DNA from: a virus
Lineage: Duplodnaviria > Caudoviricetes
Direction: 5' to 3' (one strand)
IMG/VR virus record: IMGVR_UViG_3300025018_000217
Span: 1-46,217 of that record
Length of the DNA stretch: 46,217 nucleotides
Shown: positions 17,742 to 26,508 of the stretch, in pieces
Numbering within the stretch: the first letter of the stretch is position 1
How the letters are laid out: each line of letters begins with the position of its first letter
Notes under the pieces: model-generated
What the model saw: only the letters and a program-made list of their open reading frames with translations
What the model was told of the DNA's origin: nothing
The model's database searches: none
Made by a program: the position numbers and the translations under genes

Positions 17742-20516
17742 ATGAACCCATTCGATATCATTAAAAAAAAGAATCCCTTTGACATTATTTCTTCAGCTGT
17801 CAAAACAGTAAAGGGGGCTGTTGATAATGTGGCGAATGCCACCAATCAGATTTTTTATGAACAATCTACACCATCACAAGAATATCTTAAAAGAGTAACT
17901 GGTCTAAAGTCTCCAGCTGAAAAAGATAGGCAGTTAATTGCTGATATTAGAGCCTCTCAATTACCTAGTAATAGACTGGATATTCAAGGTAATCCCATTG
18001 CAACTATCGGTTCACAAACTGGTAAAACAACATCAGATATTTTAAAGACTACAACCCCACAGGAGAACCAAGAATTATCTAAGAAGTTTGCACTTGAATT
18101 TGCTCCCGGTTTTGCTGGTACCGCTCCTGCAAAAACACTAATGACTGGAGTTGCTAACAAGGTCGCTAAATCAATAGATGTTGGTGTTATCTTTAAATTA
18201 CTAAAAACAGAAATACCAGAATTAGCGGATGATGTTGCTCAAAAATTTGCCACAATTTTCAAGGATTTAACCAATCCAGTACAAGTTGACGAAGCTATTA
18301 ATAAAATAAAATTTGAAATTCAAAAAAAGTCTTCCATCTTTCAAAAAGCTGAACCATCAGTCACGCCTGAAATTTCATCGGTCTTAAAATCGACTACAGA
18401 AGGTCAAAAAAGACCTATACAGCAACAGATTTTGGAATCTCGAAGAATACAAGCAGAAAAAGAAGCTTTGGAAACTGCTCCTCTACCAGAAGAATTTCCT
18501 ATCCAAGCTCAAGAAATTCGTGATGTAGTAACTAAAATGAATTTAGGAGAACGAGTTTCTCAATATAAAGATATTGGAAATACTAAAAAACAATTACGGG
18601 ATATTACTCGTAATACAGCCCAAGTTTTTGGTCCGGAAGATTTTAAAATGATTGACCAGACAGTGCTAGAGCCATTCAACCAATCTAAAGGTGCTAATAT
18701 AGATACTCTTAATCGTGAACTTGGAAATTTAAAAACAAATATTATTGAGAGGTTTGGATTCAGCCGTGGAAGTAAGGAAAGTGCTGCTATTCAACAATTA
18801 GGTGAAGGAAAAATTACATTACCAGAATTGGTGCAAAAATTTGGTCGGGAAAAATCCGGGCAGATTGTTGAAGCGGAACAATGGTTCCGTCAGTCTTATG
18901 ATAAACATTTAGATGCTCTTAATGCTGTTGAACAACAAATCTATCCGAACAGCCCATACAAATGGACTCCTAAACGAGCTGATTATTTTCGACATTATCA
19001 AGAACTTACTTCTGATTTTTCTCGTCTACAAAACATTTTAGAAAATCCTATCCATATTGACCCGATGTTATCTGGTATTTCGGAAACCACTCAACCAAAA
19101 TCAGCATGGGCTTCTTTTAAACAAAAAAGAACGGGGACTAAAACAACCGATGATGCTATTGGCGGTTATTTAAATTACTTACCAAGCTGGTCAAAGGCCG
19201 TCAATATAGACCCACATATCGGAAAATTCCGAGAATTGGCTGATGTTTTGGCCCGTGGGACTACTAAGAGTAAGAATTTAAATAACTACATCTATAACCT
19301 ACGGATGTACGCCAACGAGTTAGCTGGTAAATCAGCCGAATGGGACCGTATTGTCAATGAATCTGTTCCGGGTGGCCGTACAACTCTTCAAGCAGTTGAC
19401 TGGTTAAATAAGCGAGTAAAGGCCAACACAATTCTCTTTAATGTGGCTTCTTCTATCGCCCAGATTTATAACATTCCACAAGGGTTGGCTTCAGCTGGAA
19501 TTAGAAACTCTAGTAAGGGTCTAGCAAAAACTCTCGGACAAAATTTTACAGAAAATACCGCAATGAAAAAATCTAATTTCCTGAAAGAAAGGTATTTTAA
19601 AGGATTCCAAGAATTTGATAAAGGGATGCTTAACAATACTAAAAAAATGGGGACTTGGATAGTTACAGTCTTAGATGAAGTCGGTACTAAATTTATTTGG
19701 AATGGACAATATGAAAAAGCTATTCAAGAGGGAGCAGTAAACCCTATTAAGTATGCAGACGATGCTACAAAACTGTTGGTTGCGGGGCGAGGTATTGGTG
19801 AAAAACCTCTATTACAAAACTCAAAAGTATTTCAGATTGTTGCTCCATTCCAATTAGAACTGACAAATCTTTGGTGGGTAATGGAGGATTTAGCTAAGTC
19901 TGATAAAAGTATAATGAAAAAATTCGGACAGTTTGCAACTTTGTTTATTTCTTTATATTTATTTAACAGTACAACTGAACAAATGACGGGAAACCGTTTG
20001 GCATTAGACCCAATCCAAATGACTTTAGATGGGATTGATATTCTGAAGAACGACCCAAGTGCGAAAGGGACGGTAAAAACTGGTGGCCGGGTAGCTGGAG
20101 AAGTTTTATCAAATGTTCCGTTCGGCCAGACTCTTGCTTCCATGTATCCGGAATATGGGACTTCGGTAATGGGAGTAATAGTTCCTACTCGCAAGCAACT
20201 TTTCGGCCGAGAGGACCCGACCCGATATGGTGGTGGGTTACTTTCAACTAAAGCCTTATCTGACCCCTTATTTAAAATTTTGCCTCCCTTTGGTGGCGGT
20301 CAATTAAAAAAAACTATTCAAGGAGTGTCAGCTGTAAATAAAGGAAAATCTACCAATATTAGTGGAGATTGGCAATACCGTATTAATCCAACTGGAGAAA
20401 ATATGGTCCGAGCTTCATTATTTGGTAAGTCTGGAACACCAGAAGCTCAAGCTTATTATGAGAAAAAATTAGCTCCAAAAAAGAAGGCTAGTGTAGGAAA
20501 TCCTTTTGACAACTAA
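17742..20516 (+). CDS. Large internal virion (ejection/DNA-transfer) protein
   Basis: 924 aa, mostly helical, last late gene; C-terminal PFGGGQLKKT...SLFGK; NPFD at both termini. Confidence 0.6.
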   Translation: MNPFDIIKKKNPFDIISSAVKTVKGAVDNVANATNQIFYEQSTPSQEYLKRVTGLKSPAEKDRQLIADIRASQLPSNRLDIQGNPIATIGSQTGKTTSDILKTTTPQENQELSKKFALEFAPGFAGTAPAKTLMTGVANKVAKSIDVGVIFKLLKTEIPELADDVAQKFATIFKDLTNPVQVDEAINKIKFEIQKKSSIFQKAEPSVTPEISSVLKSTTEGQKRPIQQQILESRRIQAEKEALETAPLPEEFPIQAQEIRDVVTKMNLGERVSQYKDIGNTKKQLRDITRNTAQVFGPEDFKMIDQTVLEPFNQSKGANIDTLNRELGNLKTNIIERFGFSRGSKESAAIQQLGEGKITLPELVQKFGREKSGQIVEAEQWFRQSYDKHLDALNAVEQQIYPNSPYKWTPKRADYFRHYQELTSDFSRLQNILENPIHIDPMLSGISETTQPKSAWASFKQKRTGTKTTDDAIGGYLNYLPSWSKAVNIDPHIGKFRELADVLARGTTKSKNLNNYIYNLRMYANELAGKSAEWDRIVNESVPGGRTTLQAVDWLNKRVKANTILFNVASSIAQIYNIPQGLASAGIRNSSKGLAKTLGQNFTENTAMKKSNFLKERYFKGFQEFDKGMLNNTKKMGTWIVTVLDEVGTKFIWNGQYEKAIQEGAVNPIKYADDATKLLVAGRGIGEKPLLQNSKVFQIVAPFQLELTNLWWVMEDLAKSDKSIMKKFGQFATLFISLYLFNSTTEQMTGNRLALDPIQMTLDGIDILKNDPSAKGTVKTGGRVAGEVLSNVPFGQTLASMYPEYGTSVMGVIVPTRKQLFGREDPTRYGGGLLSTKALSDPLFKILPPFGGGQLKKTIQGVSAVNKGKSTNISGDWQYRINPTGENMVRASLFGKSGTPEAQAYYEKKLAPKKKASVGNPFDN

Positions 20517-20577
20517 AAAACACCTACTATTTGGAATGAACAAAATTGTTGTTTCCGTTTAGCGTAGGTGTTTTTTA
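20514..20577. terminator. Bidirectional terminator between the convergent arms
   Basis: TAAAAAACACCTAC/GTAGGTGTTTTTTA 14-bp inverted repeat with an inner stem; T-tract on both strands. Confidence 0.75.
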
Positions 20578-20669
20578 TTGTGGTAAAACCAAGGAGTCGT
20601 ATCGGCCATTCCCAAAAAATATGTTTTTCAAGAACACCTTCTCGATATCCACAGTAATACAATCATATT

Positions 20670-20891
20670 TTACTCTTTGATTTCCAATGAGGCAAGGATA
20701 TTCGGAACCATGTCGAGTGCAACACGATTTGAACTCTTTGCCGTGAACTCTTTTTCAATGATTTCTTCACACCTTGTAACCATTTCATTAGTCAAAGGAA
20801 TCTTCCTATCCTTAGCGACATCAGATAGGATGACCCCGTACTCGAAAGCGAGAAGTAATTTTTGTTTTCCATAAAGTTGTATATTGAACAT
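20670..20891 (-). CDS. Hypothetical protein
   Basis: 73-aa ORF tightly packed in the minus-strand operon. Confidence 0.7.
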   Translation of the reverse strand: MFNIQLYGKQKLLLAFEYGVILSDVAKDRKIPLTNEMVTRCEEIIEKEFTAKSSNRVALDMVPNILASLEIKE

Positions 20892-20892
20892 T

Positions 20893-21303
20893 TTATTTTT
20901 CTATCGTGGATAAAAGAGCGAGGGCAATTTCATCTAATAATTTATTATAATCACAACTACTTTTTATATTGTAATAAGTGCTCGCATAGCCGTCAGGAGT
21001 TTTTATTTCGGCTTTCATTTTATCACACACCTTTTTCACCTCCGCCAATGTCGCTTCTCTCCCCTGCTCATAAGCACGCTGGGTGGCTTGTTGGAGGGCA
21101 TCTTTAGCGTAAGCAACAAACCCATTTTTTACTAACTCTTTCCACTCTAGTAAGTCTCTTCCGTCTCCATACTGAATACCCGCCATAGTTTGTTCGTATA
21201 ATTTTTCTGCTATCTCTTCAATCTGGGGGTGAGTGTGGGGAAACTTCTCGCAACAGTTTGGAAGACCGTGTTCTATACATATTTTTATTTTTTCGCTGTC
21301 CAT
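20893..21303 (-). CDS. Hypothetical protein
   Basis: 136-aa ORF; AYEQGRE motif typical of phage accessory genes. Confidence 0.65.
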   Translation of the reverse strand: MDSEKIKICIEHGLPNCCEKFPHTHPQIEEIAEKLYEQTMAGIQYGDGRDLLEWKELVKNGFVAYAKDALQQATQRAYEQGREATLAEVKKVCDKMKAEIKTPDGYASTYYNIKSSCDYNKLLDEIALALLSTIEK

Positions 21304-21348
21304 ACTTCAATTTATTTAAGGCTAGTAATCTTTTTAACGTGATACCAA

Positions 21349-21885
21349 TTAAAAATCCCTTGGTGTATAACCGCATTTCTGACATTTGGCACTATATCCA
21401 AACCAACTACAATTTTTATAACTGTGTCCAAAAAAATCGCAATTTCTTTCACATTTTTCATTAGAACAAACTAAATCGTGGACTTTCTCACCAGTATATT
21501 CATTGTAATAATTACATTCCACATCTCCCAATCTACTGCCACATTTTTTACAGAATTTATTCACGACTAATGGTTTTTCAGAATCCTCGAGGAGAACAAC
21601 ACGAGAGAAGGCATTCCAGTAAAAGCCAAGCCAATACGCATAGCGGTACCAGTACGACCCGCCCCAGAACGCAAACGGCACACTCCAGTAGCCATCGGAG
21701 TTACGGAAGAGAGAACCGAAGAAAAAATACCAAGTCATAGAAGGTGAAATTGGATTACCTTTAATAAAGTCCTCCCTATCTTCTTCTTTGGCTAGTTTCC
21801 CCGAATATTCTTTTTCCACAAAAGTCTTAACTTCTTCTAGTGTTTTTCCGACCATTTCTGGTAGTTCAATTATTTTGTATTTCAT
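21349..21885 (-). CDS. Protein with a DGR-target-like aromatic variable region fused to a Cys-rich Zn-binding tail
   Basis: FFFGSLFRNSDGYWSVPFAFWGGSYWYRYAYWLGFYWNAFSRVVLL; then CKKC...C...C...CQKC. Confidence 0.7.
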   Translation of the reverse strand: MKYKIIELPEMVGKTLEEVKTFVEKEYSGKLAKEEDREDFIKGNPISPSMTWYFFFGSLFRNSDGYWSVPFAFWGGSYWYRYAYWLGFYWNAFSRVVLLEDSEKPLVVNKFCKKCGSRLGDVECNYYNEYTGEKVHDLVCSNEKCERNCDFFGHSYKNCSWFGYSAKCQKCGYTPRDF

Positions 21886-21908
21886 ATGTTTTTTAATTAT
21901 TGGGGGGG

Positions 21909-22523
21909 TTATATCTCTGCAAGGAATGACTTGTATGCATCGCTGATTTCGTTGGCTGTCTTAACAATTAAATCTTCCATTCGTTCTAATTCTCTAATAT
22001 CAAACTCTCTCTTAAAAGATTTAACAAGTCCGGTCACATTTATCTGTCTGTCATTATGCAATCCGCTCTCTTCTTCCCGTTCCCCTTCCTTGGTTTGAAT
22101 CCAGTCGAGGTGACAATACTCCGGCATTTTACCTGTTAATTGTTTCAGAGTGGTCGCATAGAAAACTAACTGGTCATGCTTCTGAACTTTAGCTTGGGTC
22201 CATGGAATCTTCCCGGTCTTGGTATCTCGAAAGACATTATTGACCTCATCATAAGAGTCAATATAGGAAAGAGTTGGGATATCATTCACTTCAACCCGGA
22301 CTTCAAATTCATGAGTATCATAAACCTCCAAATCCGGAAGCAGTTCGTGGTAAGTCCCGTCCTCAATCATTTTGTGGATACCGGAACCGAAGCGTAGATA
22401 TTTGGTATCTAGTTTCGCTCCGGCTTCAAAGTATTCCTTGCGGTAACGAGTGGGGTTGGAAATCCAGCAGGTCATCTGCGACCAAGAGAGATGTGGTTTC
22501 GGTAATAGTAATTTATTTTCCAT
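21909..22523 (-). CDS. PD-(D/E)XK nuclease (RecB/Cas4-like phage exonuclease)
   Basis: HLSWSQ, FGSGIH, E...YID...DTKTG, QLVFY; ATG at 22523 overlaps the upstream gene end. Confidence 0.8.
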   Translation of the reverse strand: MENKLLLPKPHLSWSQMTCWISNPTRYRKEYFEAGAKLDTKYLRFGSGIHKMIEDGTYHELLPDLEVYDTHEFEVRVEVNDIPTLSYIDSYDEVNNVFRDTKTGKIPWTQAKVQKHDQLVFYATTLKQLTGKMPEYCHLDWIQTKEGEREEESGLHNDRQINVTGLVKSFKREFDIRELERMEDLIVKTANEISDAYKSFLAEI

Positions 22524-23019
22524 CAAAGTCTTTAGTTTTCTCGGCGACCAAAACTCGCAAAGTAACTTTATCTTCATCAGTCAACTTCACTGATTTTTCA
22601 ACTTGGGTAGAGATTAAATCCAATGCTTCTTTGGACATACAAGAGGCGATTGCCTGTGTAGCTTTGTTCAAAGCGACAGAACTAGCCGGTGAAGGAGTGG
22701 AAACGGCCGTAGCGGTCATTTTTTGGGATTCAGGGGCTCTTTCTACTGGCTTAGTAGCTGGTTGACTGACTCGTTCACTGACCATGTAGTATTCCTTCCA
22801 CAATTTGTTGATGTGCGGGGCAATAAAGGCATGAGCTGTTTCCATATCTCCGGCTTTGACGACAATTTCCGGCTGGATGTTGGCATAGGCTCCGGTCGGA
22901 ATGACCATTTTGATAGAATAGCTAACCATACTTACTGGTGTTGCTTTTTTCTCTTTCTTATTTTTTACTGGTGTTGCTTTTTTCTCTTTCTTATTTTTTA
23001 CTGGTGTTGCTTTTTTCAT
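22513..23019 (-). CDS. Hypothetical protein with duplicated basic N-terminus
   Basis: 168-aa ORF; KKATPVKNKKE twice. Confidence 0.7.
   Translation of the reverse strand: MKKATPVKNKKEKKATPVKNKKEKKATPVSMVSYSIKMVIPTGAYANIQPEIVVKAGDMETAHAFIAPHINKLWKEYYMVSERVSQPATKPVERAPESQKMTATAVSTPSPASSVALNKATQAIASCMSKEALDLISTQVEKSVKLTDEDKVTLRVLVAEKTKDFDGK
22932..23017. repeat. 33-bp in-frame tandem repeat, about 2.6 copies
   Basis: TTACTGGTGTTGCTTTTTTCTCTTTCTTATTTT at 22932, 22965 and partially at 22998. Confidence 0.95.
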
Positions 23020-23021
23020 TT

Positions 23022-23318
23022 TTATAATTTTACACTTATAAATCTTAGGGAAGGAGTTTCGGTGAATGTTGCTTCACCTGTACTCTCTTCTTTTGCCTTA
23101 ATGGCTTTGAATTTATCCTCGGCTTCAGAAACTTTATCGGTGTATGTCCATTTTTTTAACATAGAAACCGAGAATTTACCGAATGGTGTATCAGATTTTT
23201 TATTTGGTAAATCCATAACTACTTCCAAAATTGAAACTCTCATAGCCTCCTTCTGGGTCTTTAAGTCTTCGATTTTTGCTTCAAGAATAGCATATTTTTC
23301 ATAGAAATTATGATTCAT
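23022..23318 (-). CDS. Hypothetical coiled-coil protein of the recombination module
   Basis: 98-aa ORF; N-terminal coiled coil, then TPFGKFSV. Confidence 0.7.
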   Translation of the reverse strand: MNHNFYEKYAILEAKIEDLKTQKEAMRVSILEVVMDLPNKKSDTPFGKFSVSMLKKWTYTDKVSEAEDKFKAIKAKEESTGEATFTETPSLRFISVKL

Positions 23319-23490
23319 TTTTTTTTGTTTTTTTAGATATTAAGTTCGACATAAATTCATCTAATATAATTCGGTGGGCTTCTCCTTCGCCAATACCCCT
23401 AGATTTAGCGTAAGTTTTCACAAACTTCAATTGGTCAGCCCTAACCCTTGAATTGATTCTTACGAATGTTTCCTTATTCTTTGGCCTCAT
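23308..23490 (-). CDS. Ribbon-helix-helix DNA-binding protein (Arc/CopG-like)
   Basis: Alternating strand VRINSRV, helix, RGIGEGEAHRIILDEFM; 60 aa. Confidence 0.6.
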   Translation of the reverse strand: MRPKNKETFVRINSRVRADQLKFVKTYAKSRGIGEGEAHRIILDEFMSNLISKKTKKNES

Positions 23491-23656
23491 GGATTTTTTT
23501 AATTTTATTCTCTCTTCCGACCTTTCTTTTTTCCCAATTGATTTTCCAATTGACTCTGCTCGTTTCTTTCAGTCTACGAACATCACGATTCAAACTACTA
23601 ATCTCAAAAATGTTAAAAACTACGATAACAGATAGAATTATAATTACAATATTCAT
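23474..23656 (-). CDS. Small membrane protein
   Basis: N-terminal hydrophobic helix and basic tail. Confidence 0.55.
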   Translation of the reverse strand: MNIVIIILSVIVVFNIFEISSLNRDVRRLKETSRVNWKINWEKRKVGRENKIKKIHEAKE

Positions 23657-23659
23657 TCT

Positions 23660-24049
23660 TTATTTTTCTATTTTAATAATCTTCTCGGCTAACTTTTCGG
23701 CTTGGTCTCGAGTAATCGAGATAAGTCCGGACTCTCTCATGTCTACAATTGTACCAATCCGTATCATATAGAAAGTATCTTTAAAGATAATAACCACATA
23801 AGACGGAAGAGGGGGAATGGAGAAACTGTCACAAGGTTTTGGTCGTGATATTTCATCGGAAAGTTTCCAGACCAGCCCATTCTTCTCGGTGGCCTGAAGG
23901 CCATCGTACTGGACTATTTCAATCTTAGAAAAAGGAAGGGAATTTATTAAGGTAAATTTTAATTCAAAAAACCCGTAAATCTTTTTCTCCCGACAGTATT
24001 GATTGAAAACGGTCTGCCAATGAGCTTCTGTTTTATTTTTTCTCGGCAT
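23660..24049 (-). CDS. RecU-like Holliday junction resolvase
   Basis: TEAHWQ, FFELKFT, SLPFSKIEIVQ, PCD; 129 aa. Confidence 0.6.
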   Translation of the reverse strand: MPRKNKTEAHWQTVFNQYCREKKIYGFFELKFTLINSLPFSKIEIVQYDGLQATEKNGLVWKLSDEISRPKPCDSFSIPPLPSYVVIIFKDTFYMIRIGTIVDMRESGLISITRDQAEKLAEKIIKIEK

Positions 24050-24191
24050 CTTTATTTTCTATTGGGGCATTTATTCTTCGGGAGATTTCTTGGTTAATCG
24101 CTCCGAGATTCTTTTGGAAGTTCTCTATTTGAGCTAGGTTATCGTAAGCTAAAGCTTTTAGCTCTACAATAGACATTTTTTGTAATTCCAT
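24033..24191 (-). CDS. Small coiled-coil hypothetical protein, 52 aa, not in ORF track
   Basis: MELQKMSIVELKALAYDNLAQIENFQKNLGAINQEISRRINAPIENKDAEKK; first gene after the promoter at 24240-24268. Confidence 0.7.
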   Translation of the reverse strand: MELQKMSIVELKALAYDNLAQIENFQKNLGAINQEISRRINAPIENKDAEKK

Positions 24192-24239
24192 AATTGTTAA
24201 TTTTAAGCTAATAATTTCGACCGATTATTTGTTAATTAG

Positions 24240-24285
24240 AGTGTATCAGACACCGACAACGGTGTCTATAAATAACTGTGGATAA
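24240..24285 (-). promoter_or_regulatory. Promoter with palindromic operator and upstream DnaA box
   Basis: TAGACA-17-TACACT on minus; AGACACCG-acaa-CGGTGTCT at 24248-24267; TTATCCACA on minus at 24277-24285. Confidence 0.7.
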
Positions 24286-24295
24286 CTTCTAGTAC

Positions 24296-24321
24296 AAAAA
24301 GCCAGCTTTTGAGGAGCTGGC
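24296..24321 (-). terminator. Intrinsic terminator
   Basis: Minus strand GCCAGCT-cctcaaa-AGCTGGC-TTTTT. Confidence 0.7.
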
Positions 24322-24381
24322 AAACCTTTTTGGGGTAACGGCTGGCTTTCGCATTTCCCTCGCCGAGATATCACCACCTTT

Positions 24382-24612
24382 CTAGCTAATTTCGCCCGTT
24401 TCTTCCATTTCGGTTCGAATCATGTCATCGCTCATTTCGCTGAAATAGATTTGGGGGTGGTTCTCCAACTCAATCTTGTAACCACCAGTCAGGACACTTT
24501 TCCACTTCACAATGTAAAAACTAACATCATCCTTGAAGTGGTCGAACAATGGATTGGTAGGCAACTGTTTGGCTAGTTTTTCCAACTCATCTAGTAGTTC
24601 CAGTAGACCCAT
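24382..24612 (-). CDS. Hypothetical acidic protein with a canonical Shine-Dalgarno
   Basis: AAAGGAGG 6 nt before ATG; 76 aa. Confidence 0.7.
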   Translation of the reverse strand: MGLLELLDELEKLAKQLPTNPLFDHFKDDVSFYIVKWKSVLTGGYKIELENHPQIYFSEMSDDMIRTEMEETGEIS

Positions 24613-24760
24613 TTTGGCCTCCTTTCTTTGGGTGAGCTATTTCTGGGTGTGTAGGATATTTCAAGACACAAGCCATACATATAGAAGTTTTGATTTTCTC
24701 AAACTTAGTGCGTCTTCTAGTAATAGTGTATTCGCATATTTTACAGATATAACTAGCCAT
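24587..24760 (-). CDS. Small Zn-finger-like protein, 57 aa, not in ORF track
   Basis: MASYICKICEY...SICMACVLKY...; AAAGGGGGG SD-like sequence upstream. Confidence 0.6.
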   Translation of the reverse strand: MASYICKICEYTITRRRTKFEKIKTSICMACVLKYPTHPEIAHPKKGGQNGSTGTTR

Positions 24761-24857
24761 GACATCCCCCCTTTCTTAGAAATTCAACGACAAAGACCAA
24801 ATAGTTTAACGTCTTTTCGGACTCACTATCTTCATTTTAACTTAATAAGGGATATTT

Positions 24858-26135
24858 TCATATATTAAGGGTAAGTCTTTCTTGAAAATCTTGTCCTGAA
24901 AGTATTGAATCGTGACAGTTTTTATCTACTCCATCAACAACTAAATGAATATACAAATTCTTTTTTAATTTGTTTGACCTTAATACTCTACCTAAACTTT
25001 GTTCATAGTGAAGGAACTGCCAAGATTTTGAAGCATAAATAACACACGGGAAACTTGGTAATTCATAACCAGATGAGATACTACATTGAGCAATAATGAT
25101 ATGGGGGTCAGGGGATTCATCCACCCGTTTGATAAAAGTCCGGTCTTTGGTTGCTCCGGTTAGAGTGGAAACAGCATAGCCTTCATCTCGAAGGGCTTTC
25201 GCAATTTCGTTAATCTGGGCGGTATAGTTCGCATAGATGAGCAATTTCGGAAACTCTATCGCCCGTTCCAAAATGTAATCGATTTTTTTGGAGGGGAAAA
25301 TAGTTGTATGATTGACCATTCGTTCGGTCCGGGTGGTGATGAGCTCTATCTTTTTATCGTAAAGCACTCCGTTCTCAATAGTCCTCTGCCTTGCTCGTCT
25401 GACTAATGGGTCGGCTTCAGCAAATTGTAGGTCAACAATTGCCTTTTTTTGCTCCACAGAAAGTTCTATGTTTACTACTTTATGCGTTTGTTCGGGAACA
25501 TCGAAGAAGTCATTAAGTCCGCCAGTATATCCAAAGCGTTGAACTATTTCGGCTAATTGCGACTTTATTTCATCAGTTTTCTTCGGCATCCAAATTCTTC
25601 GTGTCCCACCTATTCTAATTTCCACATAATACTTTTCTCGAAATTGAATAAAGTCCCAGCGTTGCCCGAATAGAGTAGCAATCGCCCAAAGATTCATTGG
25701 TTTAGAAACAGGGGTAGCGGACAGAAGATAGAATCTAGTCGGTGGATGTTTCAAAAGAAACTGTCTCGTGGCCTCAAAAATCTGTGAAGTTTTTGGTCGT
25801 TGAATTTTATTCTTTTGAACAAATTGCGGTAAGACTCCGAGATTGTAGTGACACTCATCTATAATGACCGTATCAAAAACCGGTAAAATATCCCAATCTC
25901 GCCTTAAATCTTCTTTACTGATGACGGTTAAGTTCTTTTTAGTTCCCCATTTCTCATTTTCATTCTGCCAAGTTTTGTCTTCTCGTTGTTGCTTAGGGCA
26001 GATAACGAGGACTTTACCTTCGGCCATTTCCAACGCCGTCCGTGTCTTGCTCGCCCCCGTACCTAGAAATAACCCAAATTTTTTGCGGTCTTCTTTAATA
26101 ATTTTCTTTTGATGGTTGTAAAGAGGTGGTATCAT
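24858..26135 (-). CDS. Superfamily 2 (SNF2-like) DNA helicase
   Basis: LYNHQ, GTGASKT, IIDECH, LSATP, QSLGRVLR. Confidence 0.85.
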   Translation of the reverse strand: MIPPLYNHQKKIIKEDRKKFGLFLGTGASKTRTALEMAEGKVLVICPKQQREDKTWQNENEKWGTKKNLTVISKEDLRRDWDILPVFDTVIIDECHYNLGVLPQFVQKNKIQRPKTSQIFEATRQFLLKHPPTRFYLLSATPVSKPMNLWAIATLFGQRWDFIQFREKYYVEIRIGGTRRIWMPKKTDEIKSQLAEIVQRFGYTGGLNDFFDVPEQTHKVVNIELSVEQKKAIVDLQFAEADPLVRRARQRTIENGVLYDKKIELITTRTERMVNHTTIFPSKKIDYILERAIEFPKLLIYANYTAQINEIAKALRDEGYAVSTLTGATKDRTFIKRVDESPDPHIIIAQCSISSGYELPSFPCVIYASKSWQFLHYEQSLGRVLRSNKLKKNLYIHLVVDGVDKNCHDSILSGQDFQERLTLNI

Positions 26136-26138
26136 ATT

Positions 26139-26291
26139 TTATTTAAGGGTGTCATTTCTTAATGGAATTGGCAGACCTTCTTCAGTAAAAAGCCCACTAT
26201 AGTCAATACAATTTGTGATTCTTGTTGGATAAAAATACTCACAATACATTACAAAAAGAAAAACAATAATGATTAAAATTAAATATTTCAT
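26139..26291 (-). CDS. Small membrane protein
   Basis: MKYLILIIIVFLFVMY; ATG at 26291 follows the upstream stop. Confidence 0.5.
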   Translation of the reverse strand: MKYLILIIIVFLFVMYCEYFYPTRITNCIDYSGLFTEEGLPIPLRNDTLK

Positions 26292-26292
26292 A

Positions 26293-26508
26293 TTATATTT
26301 CGTTAATACACTGTATACATACGACATTTGATAATGGTTTCTCATCTAAAATTTGTTTTCCACAAATCTGACATCTTTTTTCTTCTCCAAAGTTCGACCT
26401 AATTTCTCCTTTAGCCATTTTTTTACGGCAATTGGTACAATAAATACACCGTTCTTCAGACTGGTAGAGTTTGCAATAGTAGCATTTTGGCCGGTTATTT
26501 TTTACCAT
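26293..26508 (-). CDS. Cys-rich Zn-finger protein
   Basis: Four CxxC pairs in 71 aa. Confidence 0.65.
   Translation of the reverse strand: MVKNNRPKCYYCKLYQSEERCIYCTNCRKKMAKGEIRSNFGEEKRCQICGKQILDEKPLSNVVCIQCINEI

Noticed and set aside
21349-21885. Complete DGR cassette
   Set aside because: No reverse transcriptase, accessory gene or template repeat found in the window; only a VR-like segment is supported.
21909-22523. Cas4 or CRISPR-associated locus
   Set aside because: No four-cysteine Fe-S motif, no other cas genes and no array; an ordinary phage PD-(D/E)XK exonuclease fits better.
22274-23304. Long plus-strand ORFs 22274..22765 and 22723..23304
   Set aside because: Antisense to well-packed minus-strand genes, with implausible composition.
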